Shown here piece after piece: positions 32,316 through 42,223 of a stretch of 64,000 nt of DNA (positions within the stretch are counted from its first letter, which is position 1; each line of letters begins with the position of its first letter). The stretch comes from an uncultured Bacteroidales bacterium (GTDB lineage Bacteria > Bacteroidota > Bacteroidia > Bacteroidales > VadinHA17), in the NCBI GenBank assembly GCA_963846335.1, contig CAWJVS010000030.1, forward strand, positions 143,863-207,862. The letters run 5' to 3'. The position numbers and the translations under genes are program-made. The notes beneath the pieces are model-generated. The model searched no databases. It was given only the letters and a program-made list of their open reading frames with translations, and had not been told where the DNA came from.

Positions 32316-32607
32316 ATTTCCTGCATATTTATAAATTATCAAATATAAGATTTATATATGTGTAACCGGTCAGTACTTAAAGTGAACTAAAGTTTGGAGT
32401 GCCTAAAGTTAAAAAGCCATGTGTTATTAACTGTCTTTCTTCGGGATTAACATTTTTGATTTTCATAGATATGATATTCTCAAAACCGAGAATATATCAT
32501 CAAAAACAATTTTAATATTTAATAGGTAGGCGATTAGGAACTTTGACATTAAGGAATCTTTACTTAGTTTTGATCATGTCTTACTTCTTAAACTGACTCT
32601 GTCAATT

Positions 32608-34335
32608 ATGAAACGGATATTATGTTTAACAGTTTGTCTGGTTTTAAGTTCCGGGGTTTGCCTCTTTCCGCAGCCATTGAAGAATTATTGTGAACTGCCG
32701 GAGCAATATTTCCATTTACTTGATGCCGGAGTGCTCAGGATAGAGAACAGACTCAGGGCTGAGCCGGAAGGGGTTCTTAGTCGATTGGAATCAGGTGAGG
32801 GATGGAGCCATTTCCCATCAGCCATCTTAATACCTGCTGTCCTGTACACAAAATTGCATCCGGCAAATAAGCATTCTGGTAATCGCAGCATGCTGAAGCT
32901 GGCAGAAGAAATAGGAGATATGCTGGTCAATGAAAATAGAAAAGGACATTATACTGCCCGTGGAGACAGTGACTGGGACACTTATATGTGGCTGGAAGCT
33001 TACCGTCTTCTTGAATCATCACTGGGAGAGGCGAGACGTACACATTGGCGTCAGGCTATTCTTGAAAACCTGGCACTGTTGGAACCTAAATTACTGAAAT
33101 ACAAGGATTATCCAAGATATAATGCTCCATTTATTACTACATCTCCCAATCATTATGCCATATATGCTTCGACCCTTTTACTGGCAGGCCATGTCTTCAA
33201 CAAGCCTGAATGGATGCAAAGTGCAACAAGTGTCCTTCACAGATTTGTAAAAGAGGAACAGGCGTCTGATGGTTACTGGGGTGAACACAGTCAGACCGGA
33301 CCAACAACTGGCTACGATTACCTTACTGAAACCCAGGTGGCCCTTTACTGGGAATATTCGAAAGACCCTGAGGCTCTTAACGCACTCCGGCGGTCCACCA
33401 ATTTTCATATGTATTTCACCTGGCCCGATGGCACTCCGGTAGAAACGATCAATGACAGGAACCGTTACTGGGACGTTTCGATGTGGGGGCATTTTGGATT
33501 TTCAAATTTTCCCGACGGCAGGAGATATGCCGAATTTCTGACCAGTTTCTTTCCTGAAAATGGTGATATCCAGTCACTGAGCCGGATTGCTCAAAATGTT
33601 ATTTATTTTCATGATGGCAATACTGAACCAATCCCTCAGGACCAGTATGCATATGTCCATTCAATGAATGTTCCTGCAGCTATTCGTAAAACAGGTCCCT
33701 GGGTTGTTTGCCTCTCCGGGCTGATTGAACCTGAGGACATCCTGAATAATTTTTTCCTCGACCGGCAGGGCAACCTGAGTATTTTTAATACCGAAAAGGG
33801 CCTAATCATTACGGGAGCCAATTCAAAACGCCAGCCTGATCTTGCAACATTTACAGAGAGACTAAACAACCATATTGTGCATATGCCATTGAGCAGCCGG
33901 TTAGTGATGGATGATAAAGCAGACCGGTTGGCACTTAGTTATAACACCTTCTTTTCGGTTCTGGAGGTTATATCTCCCCGGGACAAGGAAATTGAATTCA
34001 GGTTCCTTAATACTTATAAATGGGGTGATGCAATATCTCAGCTTAATCTTCAACTGGTTCTCAAAGCGGGACAAACCCTGAAGACCGCTTCAGGCGTTGA
34101 GATTATACCTGGCAATGAACCGATTGACCTGGATGATGGAAAGCTTGGAGGATCAATTTTTCACAATGGATGGGTTCTGCACCTGCCTGAAGGAGCACGT
34201 CTGATCTGGCCTGTATTTCCGTTCAACCCATATGCTGATGGTCCGGAGACCACTTTGGAAAATGCGGTTGGAGTCCTCTCCGTTCCAATCAGAGCAGAAG
34301 ACCAGGAGTTAAGGTTTTCAATCGAAGTCAAATAA
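32608..34335 (+). CDS. Secreted hypothetical protein (helical N-terminal half, beta-rich C-terminal half; possibly glycan-active)
   Basis: 575 aa, intact, with signal MKRILCLTVCLVLSSGVCLF. I recognise no motif with confidence. W/Y-rich helical segments include WDTYMWLEAYRLL and DGYWGEHS. Confidence 0.5.
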   Translation: MKRILCLTVCLVLSSGVCLFPQPLKNYCELPEQYFHLLDAGVLRIENRLRAEPEGVLSRLESGEGWSHFPSAILIPAVLYTKLHPANKHSGNRSMLKLAEEIGDMLVNENRKGHYTARGDSDWDTYMWLEAYRLLESSLGEARRTHWRQAILENLALLEPKLLKYKDYPRYNAPFITTSPNHYAIYASTLLLAGHVFNKPEWMQSATSVLHRFVKEEQASDGYWGEHSQTGPTTGYDYLTETQVALYWEYSKDPEALNALRRSTNFHMYFTWPDGTPVETINDRNRYWDVSMWGHFGFSNFPDGRRYAEFLTSFFPENGDIQSLSRIAQNVIYFHDGNTEPIPQDQYAYVHSMNVPAAIRKTGPWVVCLSGLIEPEDILNNFFLDRQGNLSIFNTEKGLIITGANSKRQPDLATFTERLNNHIVHMPLSSRLVMDDKADRLALSYNTFFSVLEVISPRDKEIEFRFLNTYKWGDAISQLNLQLVLKAGQTLKTASGVEIIPGNEPIDLDDGKLGGSIFHNGWVLHLPEGARLIWPVFPFNPYADGPETTLENAVGVLSVPIRAEDQELRFSIEVK

Positions 34336-34340
34336 GACTG

Positions 34341-34392
34341 GTAGGGACGGGTCGTGACCCGTCCGTCACCGTCGTGACCCGTCCCCACGGGT
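34341..34392. repeat. GC-rich palindromic REP-like element (copy 1) in a convergent gap
   Basis: gtagggacgggtcgtgacccgtccgtcaccgtcgtgacccgtccccacggg. GGACGGGTC/GACCCGTCC is palindromic, and GTCGTGACCCGTCC occurs twice. A related copy lies at 49244..49290. Confidence 0.8.
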
Positions 34393-34403
34393 AAAAATGA
34401 TTT

Positions 34404-36137
34404 CTATTTTTTTATAACAGGAAGTATTATATGCGATGGGTATTCAGAATTATGGTAAATAATCTGTTCTGCCTTTATTAGCACTGTATCGGTGGCGAAA
34501 TAATTCCCTGTATTCAGATTTCTGTCGAACCTTGGAAAGTTGCTGCTTGAGATCTCTACTCTTATCCTGTGACCCTTTTTGAAGAGGTTGCTGGTTGCCC
34601 AGAGATCTATACTGAAAGGATAAATTTTCCCCGGTTCGATGTGGGAAGGCTTTTCAGAAGGATTCCTGTGATCGGCCCTTATTATCCCTTCACAGATCCT
34701 GATGGCTTTGCCATCGGGCCAGACATCCACAAGCTTTGCAGTGAAATCGGTATTACGGGCCGAAGATGAAGCATAGACCAGAGCGTTGACAGGACCTGTA
34801 ACCTCAACATCCTCTTTAAGAGGAGGAGTTGTAAATAGCAGTACATCTGCCCGGTTCTCAACGGATTGCTGATCATACGGTCCCATTCCTCCGATCGTCC
34901 TGACCGGATTGGCAGGATCATATGTATAACCATCAGGTTTTTCTTCTGCCGGTGGTTTGACATCCAGTCTGCCATCCCCATGGATACCATTGGCATTGCC
35001 ATCACTGTGAAAAAAATATTTCTGGTATCTGGTTCTTACCAGCGGCCACTCATTTTCAAACCTCCAAACATTCTCTCCCATGACGAATATTTTCACCGGC
35101 GGCTCTTCCGATATTCCATTGTCGATTCCTTTGAGCTGGTTATCAAACCACCTCATCATAAGTTCCGAATCATTCAGGTCCGCCGCCTCGCCGAAATCAA
35201 GTTCCCCGACTTTCCTGCTTCCCATGCTATGTACCCATGGACCGATCATCAGCCTTTGCTTCTTCCTGACCTCGGGTGCGATTTCCGGTTTGGTCATATT
35301 CAGATAATTATCAATGGTACCTTTTAATAGTATGTCATACCATCCGCCGATTGCATATACTGAAGCCCTTATTTTCCCGTAACCATCACCAATACTGGTT
35401 CTGTCCCAGTAACGGTCATGCTCCGGGTGCATCATCCAGTCCCTCAGAAAGGGTATTTTCCATCCCAGAACTTTATCCTGGTCGATCATGGGAAGATGCA
35501 TCAGTACCCTGTCAGGCTGTTGCATCAGTGAATCGAGCCTTACATTATAGGGGCTCGTCATCTCGTAACTCCATGGTCCGAAGAGATCAAGGAAGAAGGC
35601 CCCGTTCTGGTAAACCGCATCATGAAGATCGGCAAAAGTGACTTCAGGGAACATTGTAACAAGATAAGGTGAACCTTCAGGAGCAGGCATCCATTGTGTG
35701 AAACCGACATAAGATCCCCCAAAAGTTCCGATCTTCCCGTTGAACCATGGTTGTCTGGCTATCCATTGCTGGGTGTCATATCCATCTTCTGCCTCTGGTT
35801 GCATAGCATCAAAGACACCTTCAGACTCGTATCTTCCTCTCGTATCCTGGAGTACGACAGCATACCCTCTGCTGACCATGTGGGCTGCATGTTTGTTCCC
35901 TGCGCCACCATTGCCATATGGTGAGCGCATAAGAAGAACAGGGAATTGTCCCGGAGCGTCCGGACGATAAATATTGGTCGAAAGCCTTACTCCATCGCGC
36001 ATGGCTACTCTTACATCCAGTTCCTCAATCACACCATAAACAGGTTCTGGAATCGTATTCGTTTGACAATCTGAAGGGTAGCAATATATCAGGATAAGAC
36101 AAAGAAGAATAATCCGCGTCAGCTTTATTGATTTCAC
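34404..36137 (-). CDS. CocE/NonD-family (S15 X-Pro dipeptidyl-peptidase-like) hydrolase, secreted
   Basis: 577 aa. Motifs: VAMRDGVRLSTNIYRPD...PVLLMRSPYG, GTFGGSYVGFTQW (nucleophile elbow) and a C-terminal beta-sandwich. Confidence 0.85.
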   Translation of the reverse strand: MKSIKLTRIILLCLILIYCYPSDCQTNTIPEPVYGVIEELDVRVAMRDGVRLSTNIYRPDAPGQFPVLLMRSPYGNGGAGNKHAAHMVSRGYAVVLQDTRGRYESEGVFDAMQPEAEDGYDTQQWIARQPWFNGKIGTFGGSYVGFTQWMPAPEGSPYLVTMFPEVTFADLHDAVYQNGAFFLDLFGPWSYEMTSPYNVRLDSLMQQPDRVLMHLPMIDQDKVLGWKIPFLRDWMMHPEHDRYWDRTSIGDGYGKIRASVYAIGGWYDILLKGTIDNYLNMTKPEIAPEVRKKQRLMIGPWVHSMGSRKVGELDFGEAADLNDSELMMRWFDNQLKGIDNGISEEPPVKIFVMGENVWRFENEWPLVRTRYQKYFFHSDGNANGIHGDGRLDVKPPAEEKPDGYTYDPANPVRTIGGMGPYDQQSVENRADVLLFTTPPLKEDVEVTGPVNALVYASSSARNTDFTAKLVDVWPDGKAIRICEGIIRADHRNPSEKPSHIEPGKIYPFSIDLWATSNLFKKGHRIRVEISSSNFPRFDRNLNTGNYFATDTVLIKAEQIIYHNSEYPSHIILPVIKK

Positions 36138-36164
36138 ATTGAGGAGTATTAAGGATATTGGGAT

Positions 36165-37265
36165 TTAATTGCTTGAAATTAGTATTTTATGTTCCGGACC
36201 GGCAATGCCAGCTACATTAACTGCACGTAATAACCATTGGTGCTCTTTTTTATTCAGTTTCAGATCAAAATCCTTACCGGTGGCCATCCATTCACCGGAA
36301 GGCAGTTCCCTGACCTGATATTCTTTCAGATTGGGAATTTCCGATGTCAGTTCTATGTGTGCCAGATTACCCTCTATGTTTACTTTTGAAGAAATAGTAT
36401 TTGGTGTCCAGTATATTAAATCCCTGTTCTGAACCAATTTCATAAATTCCGGCCTGGCAAAGGCCCAGTGAGGTTTACCGTCCCATATCCAGGTATTGTT
36501 CTTAAAATAATCGTCCTCATACATGATCAGTAAATCCTTGTAGTCAGGCCAGACTGTAAAGATGTTATTATTGCCGTGCCATTCTATCCAGGTATAGGTT
36601 TGGGCATTCTCGACCTTACTGAGTCCTGTTTCAGCATCTATATCAAATGGTACTCTTTCCGGTCCCTTTACTTTAATTATGTCAGCAGCTTTGTTCTTTA
36701 AGTATTCATCGCGTATTTCAAGCGCTGACAATGGAATTCCGTCTTTTTCAAAATGATGGTCATATTTTGCATCAGACAGGAACCATTTGTTGTACTGGTT
36801 AAGCCATATTTCATTTATCCCGTGATGTCCGTCGGGACCTCCCTTCACTCCGGGACCTGCTCCGAGTGTTCTTGTGACATAACCGAATCCATTCATGATT
36901 GCATTCTGAACCGTCATATAATGACCGCAATGATATCCCTGTCCTTTCAGGGCAGCGTCCAATATACCCTCTGCATATCCATCGCCGGGATAAGGATCCC
37001 CGAAATCATTTATTTTTATTACAGACTTAATCCAGTGTCTAAGCAATAGTATCCTCCTGAATTCATCAGTTTCACCGTGGAATATTGTATCCAGCTGATA
37101 TTTTTTAATCAGATGCTCAAATTTTGGGGATGAGAGGTCTTCATAGGATCTGAACACCGTATCAGGTTTGAATTCAGGATTTTTTACATCAACTTGATAA
37201 TAGGTCCTGCTGGTACAACTTATCATAAGTATGCAAATTGCCATTAACAGAATTTTCTCTTTCAT
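36165..37265 (-). CDS. Transglutaminase-core-like lipoprotein (putative Cys-His-Asp hydrolase)
   Basis: Lipoprotein signal MKEKILLMAICILMISCTS. The segment QGYHCGHYMTVQNAIMNGFGYVTR ... DGHHGINEIWLNQYNKWFLSDA fits the spacing of a transglutaminase-like C..H..D core. Recognised by eye only. Confidence 0.45.
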   Translation of the reverse strand: MKEKILLMAICILMISCTSRTYYQVDVKNPEFKPDTVFRSYEDLSSPKFEHLIKKYQLDTIFHGETDEFRRILLLRHWIKSVIKINDFGDPYPGDGYAEGILDAALKGQGYHCGHYMTVQNAIMNGFGYVTRTLGAGPGVKGGPDGHHGINEIWLNQYNKWFLSDAKYDHHFEKDGIPLSALEIRDEYLKNKAADIIKVKGPERVPFDIDAETGLSKVENAQTYTWIEWHGNNNIFTVWPDYKDLLIMYEDDYFKNNTWIWDGKPHWAFARPEFMKLVQNRDLIYWTPNTISSKVNIEGNLAHIELTSEIPNLKEYQVRELPSGEWMATGKDFDLKLNKKEHQWLLRAVNVAGIAGPEHKILISSN

Positions 37266-37387
37266 AAGCTTATTTATTATGTGATAATGACAGTAAATGT
37301 ATGCTTTTTTTGCCGGAATATTATTTCGTTTTATTATTTAATTTAACTTTGAAAATGGTTCTTTCGGAAATCAAATACAAAACTGCC

Positions 37388-38845
37388 ATGCTAAAAACTA
37401 TTTTTTGCAAACCAAACTTCCTTCTGGTTCTATTTTTTTCGCTGATAGTGTCATTAGCTTCCTATTCTCAGAATCCTGATCATCTTACAGTGATAAAACC
37501 GCAGGAGATTAATGATGTTTTGATTAATCCTGGAATTGGCTTCATGACCTTTCAGCGTTTCAATGGAGATGATCTTAATGAAGGAGCCGGATGGACGGAA
37601 GGTTTTCCAATTGATTATCAGAATTTTGATGGTGATCTTACCAACACCGATCATCCTGCTACAACCATAGCTTACTGGAGGATATACTGGAAGTTTCTCG
37701 AGCCGGAGATGGGAAAATACCGGTGGGATATGCTGGACAAGGCCCTTCAGGTAGCCAGGACGAGGGGTCAGACTCTTCTGTTACGCATTGCCCCTTACGG
37801 AACTGGAGATGAGAGGGATGTTCCTGCCTGGTATCGTAAGATAGTGGGACCGAAAAAAGAGTGGAAATACAGCAGCGGAGTTAATGGCTGGATGGTGGAT
37901 GCTGAGGATCCCAGATATGCTCAATATTTTGGAGGCATGGTCCGGGCACTGGGAGAGCGATATGATGGTCATCCTGATCTTGAAGCTGTGGATCTTTCAA
38001 TTGTAGGCGCCTGGGGTGAAGGTGCCGGTTCGGAAATGTTGAGCCAGCAGGCAAGGGAAGCTCTTATAAATGCCTATACTGAGTCATTCAGAAAAACTCC
38101 TCTGATAGCCCTCATGATGGATAAAAAGACAAATATGTATGCTGATTCACAGATTCCTGTGGGCTGGCGGGTTGATTGCATAGGCGATCTGGGCTTCTGG
38201 GCTTCTGAACAGAATGGCTGGAGCCATATGTATGATTTTTATCCCAGGGAGATCATCAACTGTAATTTACAGGATGACTGGAAAAAATCCCCCCTGAGTT
38301 TTGAGATTTGCGGAACTTTCCTTTCATGGAGAGACGTACAAAAGTATAACAGGGAACAGGTTAAGTATATTTTTGATCAGTCTCTGAAATGGCATATCTC
38401 CTCATTCAATGCAAAATCATCACCTGTTCCTCCCGAGTGGAAGGACCTGGTGGATGACTGGCTTAAAAAGATGGGTTACCGCTTCGTATTGAGGAGGTTC
38501 ACCTATCCTGATACGGTTCATAAAAATGTCAGCGTGCCATTTACAACTTGGTGGGAGAATAAAGGTGTGGCTCCGTGCTATAAAGATTTTACTCTGGCAA
38601 TACGTCTTAAATCAGCTGAGAAAGTGGCTCTCTTTGTAACTGATGCGAACGTAAAAGAATGGTTTCCCGGTGATATTGTATATGATAACTCCTTTTTCAT
38701 ACCGGCTGATTTCCCCGTCGGGAACTGCGATGTGCAGGTGGCCATCGTGGATAAGATAAAGCATGAACCCAGGGTCAGCCTGGCGATAAATGGAAAGGGA
38801 GATGATGGCTGGTACCAGATTGGTAAAATAAGTGTAATTAAATGA
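37388..38845 (+). CDS. Secreted DUF4832/GH42-N-like putative glycoside hydrolase
   Basis: Signal MLKTIFCKPNFLLVLFFSLIVSLASYSQ at an internal ATG of ORF 37301..38845. Motifs: INPGIGFMTFQRFNGD, YWRIYWKFLEPEMGKYRWDMLD and LLLRIAPYG. Confidence 0.45.
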   Translation: MLKTIFCKPNFLLVLFFSLIVSLASYSQNPDHLTVIKPQEINDVLINPGIGFMTFQRFNGDDLNEGAGWTEGFPIDYQNFDGDLTNTDHPATTIAYWRIYWKFLEPEMGKYRWDMLDKALQVARTRGQTLLLRIAPYGTGDERDVPAWYRKIVGPKKEWKYSSGVNGWMVDAEDPRYAQYFGGMVRALGERYDGHPDLEAVDLSIVGAWGEGAGSEMLSQQAREALINAYTESFRKTPLIALMMDKKTNMYADSQIPVGWRVDCIGDLGFWASEQNGWSHMYDFYPREIINCNLQDDWKKSPLSFEICGTFLSWRDVQKYNREQVKYIFDQSLKWHISSFNAKSSPVPPEWKDLVDDWLKKMGYRFVLRRFTYPDTVHKNVSVPFTTWWENKGVAPCYKDFTLAIRLKSAEKVALFVTDANVKEWFPGDIVYDNSFFIPADFPVGNCDVQVAIVDKIKHEPRVSLAINGKGDDGWYQIGKISVIK

Positions 38846-38937
38846 TATTATATTAAGTAAAAAGTCTATTTATCTTTTAAAAGCTTATTATTAATGTTTT
38901 TTATAGTTAAATTTTAATGAATATTTGGAATATCTGT

Positions 38938-38945
38938 TATATTTG
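38938..38945 (+). promoter_or_regulatory. Candidate Bacteroidota -7 box (TAnnTTTG) upstream of the SusC-like gene
   Basis: TATATTTG lies 38 nt upstream of ATG 38984. There is no well-spaced -33 TTTG. Confidence 0.2.
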
Positions 38946-38983
38946 CTTTTAAATTTTGAATTGTAACTTAATCCTAAACTACT

Positions 38984-41900
38984 ATGAGAAAAAAACTTTT
39001 GTTAACCTTAACCTTTTTCCTGGTGCTTGTGGGAGGAGTATTTGCTCAGGAGCGGACTATTTCGGGCAAGATTACATCAGCCGACGACGGATCTGCACTT
39101 CCCGGAGTAAATGTAATCGTTGCCGGAACAACATTGGGTACAATTACTGACGTAAGTGGTAAATACACAATAAGAGTTCCGGAAGGATCTGATGCCCTCG
39201 AATTTTCTTTCGTTGGGATGAAAGCTCAGACAGTTGTGATTGGCACTTCAAATAACCTTGATGTTATCATGGAAACTTCAGAGGAGATGCTGGATGAAGT
39301 TGTCGTGACAGCTCTTGGTATACAGAGAGAGGTCAAAGCCCTGGGGTATGCACAGCAGAAAATTGGCACAGCCGAACTTAGTGCAGCGAGGGAAACTAAC
39401 GTTACCAACCTTCTTACAGCAAAAGTTGCCGGTGTGAGAGTTGCCAAAACTTCTTCAGGAACAGGGGGCTCCTCTGCAATTACAATCCGCGGAGTCAAAT
39501 CATTGCTGGGAAATAACCAGCCGCTCTTTGTTGTAGATGGTGTTCCGGTTACTAATATCGGTCACACTTCCGGTGGGGTCTGGGACGACATTGATCTGGG
39601 TGACGGGATGGGAGATTTCAATCCTGAAGATATTGAATCTATCTCAGTCCTTAAAGGACCTAATGCTTCAGCTTTATATGGTGCAAGGGGAAGTAACGGA
39701 GTTGTTCTGATCACTTCAAAATCAGGAGTAAAGAAGAAAGGAATAGGAGTTGAAATAAATTCAAATACATCATTTGAAACACTTAACCTGGTTCCGACAT
39801 TTCAGAATAAATATGCCACAGGGTATGAGGAGACCAACCTTTACGGAAGTCTGGTAGAAATACCTGAGGGAAGCGGGGAGTTTTATGAAACGATGGATAC
39901 ATGGCATGGTGATAACTGGGGCCCACCCCTTGACGGAAGAAGAACCATCGTCGATCCTTTTGTTTATCCTGAAGACATGTTCAAGAAAACACTTGTGTTG
40001 CTTCCTCAACCTGAAAACAATGTCAGGGATTTCTATGATAATGCTGTCAATACCGCTAACACAATCTCCATATCCGGAGGCGGTGAAAAAACGAGCGCCC
40101 GACTTTCTGTAGGAAATATGACTAATAAAGGCATTATCCCCAATTCGAAAATGAATAAGCAGACCATAGCTTTGAACGTTAATTCACAGGTCACCAAAAA
40201 TTTGTCATTCGATGCCAGAATAAACTATAGCCGTGATGAGGGCAATAACAGACCAATTTTAGGATTGGCTTACCAGGGAGGCAATGTATCAAGAGTATTT
40301 GCTGCCATGGGAAGATATGTACCGATGGATTTTCTGAAAGAGTATTATGAAACAACGGGTGAAGCCGGCAGTTGGCCTGCAGTGAGCTATAATCCCTATT
40401 ACATCATAAATGAATTGAAGAGCAATGATGTGAAAGACAGGATTGTTGGTCAGATCTCTACTACACTTAAATTGAACGACTGGTTAAGTGTGATGGGAAG
40501 GGTTGGAACTGACTTATATACCCAGACACTTGTCAGGACATGGCCGGTTGGTGCCAAGAGGAGTGAGAATTACCTGGGCAGGGTCTATAATGACGTTCGT
40601 ACTGTCAAGGATATCAATGCCGACGTTATTATGTCAGCTACAAAGCAGCTATCCAGCCTGTTTACAGTAAATGGCTCCCTTGGAGCAAGCATTTTATATC
40701 AGCAACGAAATAGTCAGACTCTTGATGGCAGAAATTTCAAGGCCAACGGAGTATATGATATAAGTAATTGCCAGGATATTCGTCCTGAAACCTATATGTC
40801 AAGGAAAGAGATGCAGTCTGTATATTTTACCGGCCAGGTTGCTTATCACAATTATCTGTTTCTTGATGTCACAGGAAGGAATGACTGGTCATCGGCACTT
40901 GGAGTCAACAATTATTCATTCTTTTATCCTTCCGTAAGTACAAGTTTTGTATTTACAGAAGCCATTAAGTCTATTCCAAGTAATATCCTGACTTTTGGTA
41001 AGATCAGAGCTTCATGGGCACAGGTAGGAAATGATTCTGATCCTTATCTTACAATGAATGGATATTATTCAACGACTAACACTTATGCGGGACAGGGATT
41101 ATCATGGATGAATGAAACAATTCCGCTGGCTGACCTGAAGAACGAATTGACTTCATCCTGGGAAGTCGGAGCAGATCTGAGGTTCCTCAATAGCAGGATA
41201 GGAGTTGATGTTACTTATTACAATGGCAGTACAACAAACCAGATTGTTCCTGTAAATGTTTCCAATGCAAGCGGTTATACTACGAAGGTAATTAATGCCG
41301 GTGAAATAAGCAATAAAGGACTTGAGGTATCGCTGAATTTAATTCCTGTTAAAACAAAAACAGGTTTTACATGGGAAATCAATGCCAACTATTCACGTAA
41401 CCGTTCCGAAGTAGTTTCTCTTGCCCCCGGAATAGAATCACTGGTTGTCGGTGGATCTGCATCCGGTACAGTAGAAGCCAGACCAGGTCAGGCCTACGGC
41501 AATATAGTGGGATTTGCTTACCAGCGGGCTCCTGACGGGCAGAAAATTGTTTCCGATGGTTATTATATTCCTACCGCCACTCAACAGGTCCTGGGTAACA
41601 TTACTCCTGACTGGATCGGCGGATTGAACAACGCCTTATCATATAAAGGATTTACATTGAATGTACTTCTTGATTTTGTTCAGGGAAATGAAATAACTTC
41701 AGAGACCAAATACCGCTGCACTGCCAGTGGAAACGGAATCTGGACAACTGAAGGAAGAAGACCCCAGGATATGGATGATCAGGGTAACCAGCTTCCACTT
41801 GTTGGTATTTTAGATGGTGTTGTTGCTATTGATGACGGAAACGGGAATATTTCTTACGAGAAAAACACCAAAGCTGTTGACGGACAAACTTATTGGGCAA

Positions 41901-42193
41901 TGCGTGCATGGGGCGATATAAGCGAAGAGTTTGTAATGGATGGCAGCTATATCAGCCTGAGAGAAGTCATGCTTACCTATAATTTTAGTCCTTCAGTACT
42001 GAAAAAGACTCCTTTTGCCGGGATATCAATGAGCGTTTTAGGGCGTAATTTAGCATACCTTGAAGAACATATGCAGGGTATGGGAGTTGCTCCGGAATCA
42101 GCTCCGAATACTTCCGCCGGAGACGCAGGTTACGAAGTGTTTTCAATGCCTACAACAAGAACATGGGGTTTGAATCTTAAGTTTACATTTTAG
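38984..42193 (+). CDS. SusC/RagA-family TonB-dependent outer-membrane transporter
   Basis: 1069 aa, intact. Has a signal peptide, a carboxypeptidase-regulatory-like domain (ISGKITSADDGSALPGVNVIVAGTTLGTITDVSGKYTI), a TonB box region DEVVVTALG, a plug and a C-terminal aromatic residue (F). Confidence 0.95.
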   Translation: MRKKLLLTLTFFLVLVGGVFAQERTISGKITSADDGSALPGVNVIVAGTTLGTITDVSGKYTIRVPEGSDALEFSFVGMKAQTVVIGTSNNLDVIMETSEEMLDEVVVTALGIQREVKALGYAQQKIGTAELSAARETNVTNLLTAKVAGVRVAKTSSGTGGSSAITIRGVKSLLGNNQPLFVVDGVPVTNIGHTSGGVWDDIDLGDGMGDFNPEDIESISVLKGPNASALYGARGSNGVVLITSKSGVKKKGIGVEINSNTSFETLNLVPTFQNKYATGYEETNLYGSLVEIPEGSGEFYETMDTWHGDNWGPPLDGRRTIVDPFVYPEDMFKKTLVLLPQPENNVRDFYDNAVNTANTISISGGGEKTSARLSVGNMTNKGIIPNSKMNKQTIALNVNSQVTKNLSFDARINYSRDEGNNRPILGLAYQGGNVSRVFAAMGRYVPMDFLKEYYETTGEAGSWPAVSYNPYYIINELKSNDVKDRIVGQISTTLKLNDWLSVMGRVGTDLYTQTLVRTWPVGAKRSENYLGRVYNDVRTVKDINADVIMSATKQLSSLFTVNGSLGASILYQQRNSQTLDGRNFKANGVYDISNCQDIRPETYMSRKEMQSVYFTGQVAYHNYLFLDVTGRNDWSSALGVNNYSFFYPSVSTSFVFTEAIKSIPSNILTFGKIRASWAQVGNDSDPYLTMNGYYSTTNTYAGQGLSWMNETIPLADLKNELTSSWEVGADLRFLNSRIGVDVTYYNGSTTNQIVPVNVSNASGYTTKVINAGEISNKGLEVSLNLIPVKTKTGFTWEINANYSRNRSEVVSLAPGIESLVVGGSASGTVEARPGQAYGNIVGFAYQRAPDGQKIVSDGYYIPTATQQVLGNITPDWIGGLNNALSYKGFTLNVLLDFVQGNEITSETKYRCTASGNGIWTTEGRRPQDMDDQGNQLPLVGILDGVVAIDDGNGNISYEKNTKAVDGQTYWAMRAWGDISEEFVMDGSYISLREVMLTYNFSPSVLKKTPFAGISMSVLGRNLAYLEEHMQGMGVAPESAPNTSAGDAGYEVFSMPTTRTWGLNLKFTF

Positions 42194-42223
42194 TTAAGTT
42201 ATTCACGGTAAAAATTGAGAAAT

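Noticed and set aside
30298-32342. Treating the two esterase-like ORFs as one fused gene
   Set aside because: After frame repair the first gene reaches a plausible natural C-terminus (..EDPCP*), and the second repeats the whole N-to-C architecture. It is kept as a caveat because the junction lies in an error-prone stretch.
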